Assembly (NCBI GenBank): GCA_002104945.1 | Contig: MCFH01000015.1 | Span: 62,001 to 126,000, forward strand | Reading direction: 5' to 3' | Source: Piromyces finnis finn | Taxonomy: Eukaryota > Fungi > Neocallimastigomycota | Length of the DNA stretch: 64,000 bases | In this document: one piece after another, positions 43,008 through 55,176 of the stretch | Layout of the letters: each line of letters begins with the position of its first letter | Numbering within the stretch: the first letter of the stretch is position 1 | Notes under the pieces: generated by a model | The model's database searches: none | What the model was told of the DNA's origin: nothing | Seen by the model: only the letters and a program-made list of their open reading frames with translations | Program-made: the position numbers and the translations under genes

Positions 43008-44215
43008 GGTATTATAATTCATGTTACCATTGCTATTATTGTTATTATTAAAATTATTATTTAGAGATTGACAGTTCCATGTATTTCTGTTATTATAGAT
43101 GTATTCTGGTGGTGGAGTTGGTGGTTCCATTTTTATATTTGAGAAATTATTATTATTATTGTTATTATTATAATTACTTTGCGGGTTGCCACCACTATTG
43201 CCACTACCATTAGCAGTATTTGGTTGAGATGTATTGAAAAGTAAAGAATTATTTGGTTTTAATAATGACTCTGAGAATTCTAAATCAGCAGCAATGGATT
43301 TATTAATTCTTCTACTAAAAAGTTTACTTTCTTTTTCACGATGAACTTTTGTTGTAGATGAAGAATCATGATTACGCCTTGAATTTATCTTTCTTATAGA
43401 ATTTTCTGATATATTATTAATATTTTTAATTGAATTTTCAATTTCTGTTAAAGCAGAAGACGTAATAAGATTAGATGAAGAGTATGACGGTATTGGAAGA
43501 GTGGTCTTCTTTTTATAGATTCTTACTCTTCTAACACCCTTTTCTGGAACTATTGGAACAATTTTTCCTGAAGCAACTAATTCATTCCAAACTTTTGTGA
43601 TTAAACCACTATTAATAGAAGTAAGTTTATCTTTAGCTTTATCAAGAACAGCCTGCCATAAAATAACCATATGTTCACTCGTTTTGGCATAATGTTTAAG
43701 TGTTCTACATAATAATTCATGTCTTGGAGTAAAAGTAAAGTCTTTTAATTGTCTTAAAACATCAGCAGCATCTAAGAAACGGTAAACCTCTGAATAAAAA
43801 AAAATATTACTTAATAAACTAATAATAATAGTTTTTTTTTTTTTTTTTTTAAGCTATTTTATTAATATGCTTACGAGCTCTAGATATATTCCACTTCTTT
43901 CTGAAATATTCTTCTACAGTAAGATTAGCAGCCCTATATAATTTTCTTGATACAATAGTTTGAACTCCAAAAGCAGTCTTTTTAAATCTTTCTTGCTTTT
44001 TTTGGTATAAATATTCCTCTCTATTAATATGGGAAAAATTATTAGAAAAACCAAGAATAATTTCTCATACATTCACAAATATTCATGTTATTAAACACTC
44101 ACCGTATAATTGTATCACTTTTTAAATCAATACTTTCTTCTGCAGCCTTCAATTCTAAAGCCTGTATTGAATAATTATCATATCCTTCTGTTGTCATTTC
44201 TGTATTATTCTTCAT
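41562..44215 (-). CDS. Asn-rich protein with a conserved-looking helical N-terminal domain (putative DNA-binding regulator)
   Basis: Exons 44215-44103, 44020-43875 and 43789-41562 splice in frame: ...FKKTAFGVQTIVSRKLYRAANLTVEEYFRKKWNISRAQVYRFLDAADVLRQLKDF...LWQAVLD..., followed by about 500 aa of low-complexity poly-N. Confidence 0.8.
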
Positions 44216-47200
44216 TTTTTAATTTTTTAATTTTTATTTCATCGAATTTTTCAATTTAATAATTAATTATTTATATCTGCTGGATTTTATAGTATTTTCT
44301 ATAATTCAAAATTAAAAGAATTAACAAACAAAAAAAAAAATAGAGAGAGAAAGAGAACTTTAATTATACTCTATGATAATATAATGTTTATAACTTTTTA
44401 AATTAATTATATTCTATTAGGTCAGTTTTTTTTTAAAAATAATTTTTGGTAAAATTTTTTAACTTTTATATAAATTTTTGTAATTAATAAACATATCAGA
44501 ATTTTACAATAACCAACAATATAAATATAATTGTTTATATTATATATATGATATACTTTTAAAATAAATATATCAGTAATATATATTTATATATTTATGT
44601 ATATAATAATATAATTTATTTAGTAATATATTATATATAATGTGGTAATATAAACCTATTTATATAAACAGTTGATTGTTAATATATATATTTCTTATTA
44701 TTGAATATAAAAAGAATTAAGTTATTAGTGTTAAATTAGTTTCAATTTTACGATAGTTAAACATGCAATATATTAAAATTCAATTTATCATTTATAAACT
44801 GTAATAAATATGTTTTTTACAAAATTTAATGAGTAAATATTAACTATTACACAATATTAATAATGAAATTAATGCTAAATTTTAATCTATAATAAATTCT
44901 AATTATTAAAAAATAATATAAATATTAAATTTTATTTAATAATATTTAAATTAATATTATCCAAAATATAAGATTATATTTTTACAATATTTGAATATTG
45001 GATAAAAATGTGAAAAATTAAAAAAAATAAATTTTAAAATAAATTAATTTATTTACAGCAGATTTAAAATGGATAAAAAAAAAGATAAAAGAGATTAAGA
45101 GTTTTATGGATTAATATGATGTTAATATTCTCAATAAATAATAAAAAATGAAATATAAAAAGGGAATATAGTGAATAAATAAATAATGCTAGCCTGATAA
45201 AAATAAAACTTTTTATAATAGTGAAATTTAAAAATAATAATTGAAATTATGAGTATTTATGTAATATATTAGAGATATATAGTTAATATATTAATATGTT
45301 AAATTTAATTACAACATGTTGCATTTATTTTTATTTAAATTAATATATAAAACCTTTTTTTAAATTTATTGGAAACTTAATGGAGTATTACATACAGTTT
45401 ATTTACATAATATAATAATATTAATATATACAACTATAATATATATTGTAATGAAAATCTAATAAATTTTTATGTTTTAATAAAACAAAACATAAAAAAA
45501 AAATTCCATAAAATAGATTTCATCCTTTCAAATAGCATCATAATATATGATTCAATAAAAATAATATATGGGAATTTTATTTCACTAAACTTTATTTTTT
45601 AAATTAAGATTAATAGGAAATAAATTAATTCTTAATTAAATATATATATGAATCAAAAGATTTTGGTGAAAAAAGGATATTAAATTACTAAAAAAAAAAA
45701 AAATGTTAACCATATTTGAACAAATGTTTTAGATTATGAATGGTTAAACTCTAAGCAAATTAAATTAATGAAATACATTAAAAAAATTTCCACTCTAAAA
45801 AAAAGCCGCAATATAAATTTAAGTAATTCTATGATTATATGTGGCAAAAAAAATATTTTTTTACTTAATATCAGAAATAAAATATTAACGGAGCATTATT
45901 AAAAACTGTTTCAAATATACCTTAATAATAATTTATAATAATTAAATATTTTGAATCATAGATAAAATTATAATATGGATGTTGAAACTATTATATGTTA
46001 TTTATATTATTTTATTTATTTTTGTTTACTTTAATAAAATTTATTACATTCCTTAATATTAAAAAAAAATTAAGTATTATGTCTCTTTTTTTTTTCTATA
46101 TTAAAAAAATGGAAAATATAATAAATAAAAATATCCAATAAAAATTAAGTATATAAATGTTTAATTTTCTTTAACTTTATCATTACTTTGTGACACTTTC
46201 ATCCATATTATTAAAGTATTTAATATAAAGTAAGGTTCAAATTTTTAATTTAAATTTATGATATTAATTAAAATTTTAATTTTTTTTAGTTATCAATATA
46301 TAAAACTTTTGTAATTATTGATTATATTTAATTTACTTGCTACAATAATAAATTAAAAAGCCATAACAATACTATTATAATGATATCATGTATAAAAGGA
46401 TAATAAAGGAACAATAAAGGAGAATGATATAATACGAATAGATTTATAAAATTTATGATATTAATTTATTTATATTATTTTATATTAAAAAGTCATATTA
46501 TTTTGCATATCATCCATATATATATTATTAATATGAAATGATTATCACTTAACATATTAATTTAATTTAAAAATATTGATTTTATTAGTATTATATGGTC
46601 AAATTTACGATATTAATATAATTGTGTTACATTCATCACAAATATCTTTACTTCTTTTAATAAAAAATTCATAAAAAATTTCATAAAATGTTTCAAAAAA
46701 GTTTGCTCATTTTTAAAGTAATAAATGCATAAAAATAATAATATATAAATCATAATGATTTATCTCTTTATTGATAGACAACTTTATTCCTTTAACCACA
46801 ATCAATAATACATATATGATAGTTAATTTAATGGATAACATATTTTATCATTAATATATTAATTTATAATAAAGGGATACTTTTTTGAAAAAAAGTATCT
46901 AGTCACTATTGATAATTGATAATATATAATTTTAATAACTTGATTTTTTTTCAATTTTTATATGAGAACATATATTTTCTAATTTATTATATATAACATT
47001 TTAAATTTATACTATCTTTATATCAATAATTAACAATTAAAAGGATAATATTGTAATTATTACTTCATTATTATATATAATCAGCTTTGATAGATAAATA
47101 CAAAAATAATAAAATATTTTTTTTACAAAAACTATAGCATCATATATAAATAGTAATTCAAAAATATAAACATGATAATTACTGATATAGGAGAAAAAAA

Positions 47201-48683
47201 GCATAATAATTTATAAAAAGTCATTAACAAAAAGTTTAAATTATATTATTTTACATAATATTAATCGTATGAAAAAGTGATATTAATATATAGTATGATA
47301 TTAATATAACATTATAACCATTATTATAATGATTATGAAAATAATTAATATATAATAATTCTATTCATATGATAAGATTTTAAATTTCATTAAATAATAT
47401 ATTAATAATAATATAAACTGAAACACTTTCATATAAAAAAAACATTAAAAATGGTTATCATACCAATATAAAATTATTATTATTATATATACAAAAAAAT
47501 TTTTTTAGTGGTCACTTTTTATTCCATAAATGGTTAATATATTAAATTCGAAAGAAAATATTATAAATTAAGGTTATTCCATTTGAAACGTAAAATTCTC
47601 TCTTCATTTTTTCACCTTTTATGGTTAATTTATTGGTAATTAACAAAATAATTATTAGTCTTTTTATTTCGTCATACACTTTGTTTATTATATCTTTCAT
47701 TTAATACAAAAATGTATAATTAATTGAATCTTAATGTATTATAATTTTTTTAAATTTATTATTATATTATTACAATATTACAACAGTTGTACTACAATTA
47801 CATTATATATATTTATATTATTCATTAATAAATTGTTACAAGATTTTCTATATAGTTATTATTTAAATTATCTATATTATGTAGCACTAAAAGGATTTAT
47901 AACATCAAAATTTTAATATAATAATACAGATGATATAATAATTTTCACAAGGTATTTATATTTATTCTTTCTTTTTTAATTACTTAAACTCTATATAAAT
48001 TAAAACTAATAGAATTTAATGATTTAACCTTTTTTATTATTAATTATAGAAAATAATAAGATTTTTAAAAATAATAAAATTAGATTAATATATGTAATTT
48101 CTTGGTTATTCTTGATGATATATATTTTATTTTTTAAATAAATTCTCATTTTTATTTTAATTTTAATAAAGCATGATTTTTATTCAAGAAATATTTTAAT
48201 GCAAATTTATTTTTAAAAATTCTTAATTTCTTAAACTTTTAATTATTAGATTAAGAAAGGGAAAAAAAAAAAATTAAAATAGTAACATCAGTTAAAAATA
48301 TAAATTATTTTATTAAACAAAGGTTTTTGATTTTATTTCTGTAATATAAAAAAAAAAAAAAAGAAAAGAAAGTGGACTAAATTTAACATCTTTTGAAACA
48401 ATATTTATTATATACTTTAATATCTTATATATTATTATATTATTAATAATGAAATATAATCAATTATTTGAATAATTTTTTAAAAAGATTTTTTAAAAAA
48501 AAATCATTCATTTTTAAATATAATAAAAGTTATAGTTAAATGATATTTTTCCCTCAATAAACAAAATCAAAAACTCACCATGATTTACAACATAAATAAT
48601 AAATACATTAATGATATTACTTTATCTATTTTGTTGTAGTTCAATAAAATGATGTTATTTAACTTTTTTTAAATTTGATTTTA

Positions 48684-48951
<268 letters not shown>

Positions 48952-49367
48952 TAATTAAAATATTGTTTCTTTAATATTAAAATTAAAATTTAATATACAC
49001 TATATTTATGTATACTGTAATATTTATATATTAATATTATATTAATGAATATTTTATTATTATATAATAAAATCAAAATCAATTACTGAGTATTATTAAG
49101 CTTATTTTAGCGAAATTTAATTATTACAATTTTATGCGAGTCTAAATGATACTACATATTGAAATAATTATTATTTTATAATTTTTATTTATATTAAATA
49201 TATTATCATGGTTGTGTTATTAATATAAATCAATTTTAAAAGAAAAAATATTAAAAAGAAAAATATATTAAATACTATTATAAAATTAAAATTATATTCA
49301 TGCGTTAATACTACACATTTATCACACAACTTATAAAAATTTGTATTTCTACAAATCAAAAATGAAA

Positions 49368-49439
49368 CTCCGCACCGGGGAATCGAACCCCGGCCGCCGC
49401 GGTGAGAGCGCGGAATCCTAGCCACTGGACCAGTGCGGA
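49368..49439 (-). tRNA. tRNA-Glu(CTC), 72 nt, intronless
   Basis: TCCGCAC/GTGCGGA acceptor stem, CCGCG-CT-CTC-AC-CGCGG anticodon arm, GGTTCGATTCC B box, followed by a T-run. Confidence 0.96.
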
Positions 49440-51250
49440 ACAACAACCCTTGATAAAAAAGTGATGTACTACTCACATAAAAGTATAATCTAAGCTGACT
49501 AACAGCATAGTAATCTAACCCATGTCAATATCAAATTCAAGAAATATACTTCTTTATAAATAGATAATAAATATAACTTCTAAGCTTACTTTGAGAGAAA
49601 TAGTAATTAATTATAAACATATTTTTTATTTTATTAATTTTATTATTAAAATCATTATAATTAATCACTTATTAAAAATATAAAATAAGCAGAAATATAT
49701 CTACCCATGTACAAAAAAAGATTAAAAAAAAAAAATATTTAAATAAACTATTTAAAATCAATATAAAATTTAAAAAATTTTTAAAATAATATTTTTTTTA
49801 AAATTATGGAAAGATCATTTAATAAAATTTATTCATTAAAGGGTTAGATATTCCAGTTTTAATATTTAATAAATTAACCTTTTAGAGAAAATTACAATAT
49901 ATATAAAGAGTCATAATTCTTAAATCTTGTATCCTTAGAATATAAGACTACTTTTTTTTGAAAAGATCAGGCTTAAATCTATATTAATACAGATTTTCAA
50001 CATACTTTCACTATCACTACATTAAATATAATTATTTAAAACACAATGATTTAATAAGATCATATACATATATATTTAAACAAATAACAGCAACTTATTA
50101 ATTATTAATTAAATACTCTCTTTTTTTTTAAAGGTATAAATGTCTAATCCCATTAAATAATAATAATAATACTTAATTATTAATAAAAAAGAAAAATATT
50201 AATTTACTTTTTATTTTTTTTGTAAGATTATAATTATATATTAGTTATTATAGTATAGAAAGTAAATAAAGCTTCATTATTAAAATAATATTTTTATAAG
50301 TAAGTTCATTAGGCAATCTAATATTTAAATATTACTTAATTATTTAAACAAAATATATTTAATTCTTATCAAAGATTTAATTCTTATATTTATGTCTTAG
50401 CTGCTTAATTTATATTTATTCATATAGGTTTATCCCTAACCTAATAACTTGATGAAACCCACTTTTCAAGTTTTGTTAAGTTTCATGGATTTAGTTTGTG
50501 GTCAGGTCAGAATACATAAATTATATAGTAAAAAGTAATTTTTAGTAAGAATGACACTTGAAATGGAAATTAATATTCCAGTATCATCATCTTAAGTAAT
50601 TATTATGCTTTATGTTTTATTATTCGAATAATAATAATAAACATATTAAAATTTTTAAATGTTCATAATTTCCTCGATTGAACTAAAATGATGATTTTTT
50701 TCTTATATTTTTTAACAAGGCTTGTTTTAATATCATATACTTAAAAAAATAATTATTTGAAATATATAATTAATTATATTTTTGATTTTTATATTAGATA
50801 AATTAAATATTTTCTGTAATTTCTTTAAAAATAATATTTTTAATAAATAACAAATTCAAAAATTTTGATGAAACAATAAATTAAAAAAAAAAAAAAAAAA
50901 CATGTTTTATAATTAAGAAGTAACATTTATATAAACTATAATTATAATTAATTCCTTTTATTCTTTTTATTGTCTACCTATTGTAAATTTTTATAATAAA
51001 GAATTTTATCTTTTTTTTTTTTTTTATACATTTGTCATATATTACATGTATTATTATTTTTTATTATTAAGCATTACTTGTATTATTGTTATTTTTTATT
51101 TAAATTAACAGAATAAATTAATGTTATATATTTTAACATTATTTTTATTTGCTATTATAATTTCAATATATGATTTAACTTATTATTTTTTTTAATAATT
51201 TATTTAAGAATTATTAAATTCTAAAGTTGTTTTATTTAAAATTTATTATT

Positions 51251-51281
<31 letters not shown>

Positions 51282-51863
51282 AACACTATATATATATAAA
51301 ATGGTTGGTTATTGATCTACATTATTTTATTTATTTAAAGATACTCTCTTTTAACGTAAGGTGTATGTGATCATTATGGATTAAGTTATTTTATTATTAG
51401 GTAGTTTCTATTATATTTTAAGTGGGTAGAATTAGAATAATGATGCAGTATATTTCAAAAACACCATAAATAAAATATAATTATGAACGTTAGCAATAGA
51501 GAATGATATTTGAATAATATATTAGATAATATTGAATTTATTTCTATTTTATAATAATAAGAATAAATAATAAAAATAATAAATTTTATAATAATATAAT
51601 TAAATAGATTTTGGTTTAAAGTTTCTTTATTTAATTATTATTACTATTATGATTATAACATTAATAACATTCAATACTAATAGAATCGAAAGTTATTATT
51701 TAATAAATATAAATAGTTAAATACAAAATGTAAATATAAAAATATATTAATAATAAAATATAACTTTTCTGAAATAATAAAAATAAACAATAAGTATTCT
51801 TTCTTTTATAATTAATATTTAAACTGAGTTACATATAATAAATACTAAATCCGTAATTATTAA

Positions 51864-52015
51864 CCTAAAACTATTCTAAACTAAACTAACCTAAACTAAA
51901 ACTAAAACTAAAACTAAAATAAAATAAAACTAAAATAAAATAAAATAAAACTAAAATAAAATAAAACTAAAATAAAATAAAATAAAACTAAAATAAAATA
52001 AAATAAAACTAAAAT
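51864..52015. repeat. Degenerate (CTAAA/CTAAAA/TAAAA)n repeat
   Basis: Reads ...CTAAACTAAACTAACCTAAACTAAAACTAAAACTAAAACTAAAATAAAATAAAAC... directly in the sequence. Confidence 0.85.
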
Positions 52016-52265
52016 ATCAAATATTATTTATAAATGAAAAGCTCTCTCCTCTCTTTCTACATTTTGTTCTTTATCACTATTTTTATATCTTTTCCTTTCT
52101 TGTGAAACATTTGCGTTATAATAATTTATACTAATGTAGTTGAACTATTATTATCATTAGTAATTAATATACAATTTATAAAAGGATTAGATATTATTCA
52201 TAAAATATTTAAAATATTATATTTTTCTATGCATCTTGTATCAATAAAAATCATCAAAATTAGTA

Positions 52266-52337
52266 TCCGCATTGGTCCAGTGGCTAGGATTCCACGCTCT
52301 CACCGTGGCGGCAGGGGTTCGATTCCCCTATGCGGAG
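52266..52337 (+). tRNA. tRNA-Glu(CTC), 72 nt, second isodecoder
   Basis: TCCGCAT/ATGCGGA acceptor stem, CCACG-CT-CTC-AC-CGTGG anticodon arm, GGTTCGATTCC B box, ATTTTT terminator. Confidence 0.96.
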
Positions 52338-52933
52338 TTCATTTTTCTATTAACTTAATAAAAATGTTTTCCTATTTTTTTTTTAAACAAAAAAGAAAAT
52401 ACTTTTTTTATTTAAAATAAAACAAAACAATTATTTAAGTTGCATAAATATTCAATGAATTCTGATTTTTATACTGTGTGGGATTGATCTCTTCCTAAAA
52501 AATTAATTGAAATAAAAAAGGAAAGTAACATCAGGTGTGGTCGTATGGTGCCTACTAAACTCTCCCATGAACTCATAATGTCTCCATTCGAAGAAATATT
52601 AACATTGAACTTCATATTCGGAACATTAATAATGTCCCTTTGCCATATAAGTACGACAGTCGGCACTCTTGATTATATTAGGTGTTTTACTAAACTTAAC
52701 ATGAACAAACACGAGGGCCGTCAGGAATAATTCTATTACTCGCAATAGAAATTAAGGTAGTGTTTTCATAACCGCATCGGATACGAATAATCTAAGTAAT
52801 TCTTAAATTTAAGTAAGATTTATTGAGACCAATATGCATTGGGCGATTTGAATTAAAGAATTTGCTGTTAGTATTTCTGAGGGCTTTACTTCCATTATTA
52901 AGGCTACTATTATTACATTAATGTCCTATAATA

Positions 52934-53060
52934 TGACCTATCTTACTGTTTCTTTAGCATAGATGCTCTTGGTTGTTGCTTAAAACCTTTAAAACATTGT
53001 CCATTGTTGGTAGTAGAAACCATAGGCAGATTCTGGGTGCTTATAGAACAATTTAATAAA
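52934..53060 (-). pseudogene. Small, highly decayed remnant of the LINE ORF2 3' region with an ~660-bp internal deletion
   Basis: CCTATCTTACTGTTTCTTTAGCATAGATGCTCTTGG...CATTGTCCATTG aligns by eye to about 53343-53416. AGTAGAAACCATAGGCAGATTCTGGGT...AATTTAATAAA aligns to about 54078-54126. Confidence 0.75.
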
Positions 53061-55135
53061 TTTTTTTTTTTTTTTTTTTAGCGGCATCAAATATTTTTAA
53101 ATTTTATTATTAAAATTATAATAAAAAATAAAAATAAAAATAAAAAAAAATATGTTTAAATAAATACAAATGAATAAAAATTGGGTATAATGTATTCTAG
53201 TAATTTTAATTAAAGTAAGAAAGCCACTATCATACTAAAGTATAATAATTGTATTTGACTTCCAATGGGACACCGAGCCAAAGACCAAAATTTTGTCATG
53301 GAACAAAATTATGATCTCCATTGGTTGCGCTGGCCCTCCTGGCCTGTCTTACTGTTTCTTCAGCATTGACGCTCTTGGATGTTGCTTCAAACCTTTTGAA
53401 CATTGACCATTGCTGGCCAATAGCAAAAGGCATGATTTTGGTTAGAAGTTCCGCGGTTACCGTCAAGAATGGTGTTCCTTCGTTAGTACCAGATTGAATC
53501 TGACGCTTACAAAGTTCTTTCCATTCCCTTGAATTGTAATTAATATTGTTAAAACTTCTTCCCCCAAGAAGGAATTTAAATATTTTACTGCACACACTAG
53601 AATAATCATACACATTAATATTCACCGGATTATTAGAACTATTACTATCATTAACTAAATTACTATCTAAATTAGAATTATTATCTTCACTATTGCTATC
53701 ATTACTAATATTATTATTTCTATTATTGTTATTATTACTATTGTTACTATTACTATTGTTACTATTACTATTGTTATTACTACTATTGTTACTATTACTA
53801 TTAATGTTATTACTATCTCTACTGATATTATCAATTTCATTATTATTGATAGGACTATTGGAATTACGTTGGCTGAAAAAAATTAATAGCTGGACTATAG
53901 AATCATAATGTTTAATACGGATATCTCTAAATGTTGGACAATCTAATAACCAATGTTTAATACTTTGATCTCCACACTTGCAACATGGACAGTAGTTAGG
54001 ACAAACTGGATCAACAAATTTGGCAGCTTTGGCAACTCTAGCATCCAACTTGTATCCGCTTCTTGCTTTCAATAGCCAGTAGAAGCCATAGGCAAACTCT
54101 GGGTACTCATAACATAATTTAATAAAATCTTTAGTTTCAATAAATTTATTATCATCATAATATTGCGCTTTGATTGAATTCCTTTTGAGATCTTTCCAAT
54201 AAAAGTTTTTAACTGCTTTAACATCTCCATGTTTCTTTAATTTTTTTTCAAGTGTCCTACTTGATTTGCACCACGTGTATTTTCTAAATTTAGGAATGTA
54301 ATTGACAAGGTGTGAGATAATACAATTTGAGTTTTTCCATTTGTTAAAACATCTAACCTGAGCTAACGCACATTTGGCTGACAATGGAGGAATATTCAAA
54401 TCTTTTGAAATAGAGTATAAAGATATAAACGATACAGCTTTATGAACTCCGGCAACCCATCGTATTCCTTTGTTAACATGCTTCTGAGCAATCCTAGACC
54501 TAGCTTTGTTGGATCCAAGTAATGGTGCAAAGTATGAAACTCTGCTAATCACTTGTGAGTTAAGTACTAGTTTTTTGAAAGGAATAGGAATATTAGGATT
54601 TCTTAAGAATTTACTGACTGAGAAAAGCCCTTTCAAAACTTTGTTATTAAGAGCTTTAATTACTGGTTTAAGGGACAGATTCTTATCAAATGGAACACCA
54701 AGATAAGTATAGCAATCAGTAGTTGGAATGGGTTGTCCTGCTAAGTAAAATGTTGGATCTCTCTTGTTCTGATTTTCTATTGATTCAGGACGAATCACCA
54801 TCGTTGAACATTTCTGGATACCAAATTCCATTTCATTATACAATGCCCATTCATTAACTCTTCTAAGCATCTTTTTTAAGCATCCTCTTGTTGGAGCACA
54901 AATAACTATATCATCTGCAAAAAGTCCACCACAGCATCGAGTGTCACCTAAACTGACTCCTAGATCTTCGCACTCTCTAAATATATCATTAATAAAGAGA
55001 TTAAAGAGAATAGGAGAAAGAGGGCAACCTTGACGGACTCCTTTCTTCACATCAAAAGATTTCGAGAATTGTCCATCTAATTTGACATTAGCCTTAGATG
55101 TTAAATATAAATTTTTGATAAATTGTAGACTCTTA

Positions 55136-55137
<2 letters not shown>
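53061..55137 (-). mobile_element. LINE copy A (RTE/RTEX-like), 5'-truncated, about 2.06 kb plus A19 tail
   Basis: Poly(T) at 53061-53079, then the 3' UTR and open ORF2 C-terminus. It ends at 55137 (AGACTCTTACC), abutting the poly(T) of the next copy. Confidence 0.95.
53296..55050 (-). CDS. ORF2 fragment of copy A (RT C-terminal half, CCHC-like knuckle, Asn tract)
   Basis: ORF track: GVRQGCPLSP, LFADD, CPCCKCGDQSIKHWLLDC; the frame stays open up to the truncation point. Confidence 0.85.
   Translation of the reverse strand: MKKGVRQGCPLSPILFNLFINDIFRECEDLGVSLGDTRCCGGLFADDIVICAPTRGCLKKMLRRVNEWALYNEMEFGIQKCSTMVIRPESIENQNKRDPTFYLAGQPIPTTDCYTYLGVPFDKNLSLKPVIKALNNKVLKGLFSVSKFLRNPNIPIPFKKLVLNSQVISRVSYFAPLLGSNKARSRIAQKHVNKGIRWVAGVHKAVSFISLYSISKDLNIPPLSAKCALAQVRCFNKWKNSNCIISHLVNYIPKFRKYTWCKSSRTLEKKLKKHGDVKAVKNFYWKDLKRNSIKAQYYDDNKFIETKDFIKLCYEYPEFAYGFYWLLKARSGYKLDARVAKAAKFVDPVCPNYCPCCKCGDQSIKHWLLDCPTFRDIRIKHYDSIVQLLIFFSQRNSNSPINNNEIDNISRDSNNINSNSNNSSNNNSNSNNSNSNNSNNNNNRNNNISNDSNSEDNNSNLDSNLVNDSNSSNNPVNINVYDYSSVCSKIFKFLLGGRSFNNINYNSREWKELCKRQIQSGTNEGTPFLTVTAELLTKIMPFAIGQQWSMFKRFEATSKSVNAEETVRQARRASATNGDHNFVP

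Positions 55138-55176
<39 letters not shown>

Noticed and set aside
46876-46899. 11-bp hairpin GATACTTTTTT-GA-AAAAAAGTATC resembling a terminator
   Set aside because: It is mostly A/T homopolymer in a very AT-rich eukaryotic intergenic region and is expected by chance.
49189-49476. ORFs containing TGPVARIPRSHRGGRGSIP at 49189-49476 and 52229-52420, resembling a shared protein motif
   Set aside because: The shared peptide is just the translation of the two tRNA-Glu genes.
54506-54706. Repeated antisense ORF MLDPSNGAKYETLL... (also 56638, 62188) and MSNKERIFS... (60390, 63588) as an ORF0-like gene
   Set aside because: They are short, lie antisense to constrained RT coding sequence, are broken in at least one copy, and show no independent signal.
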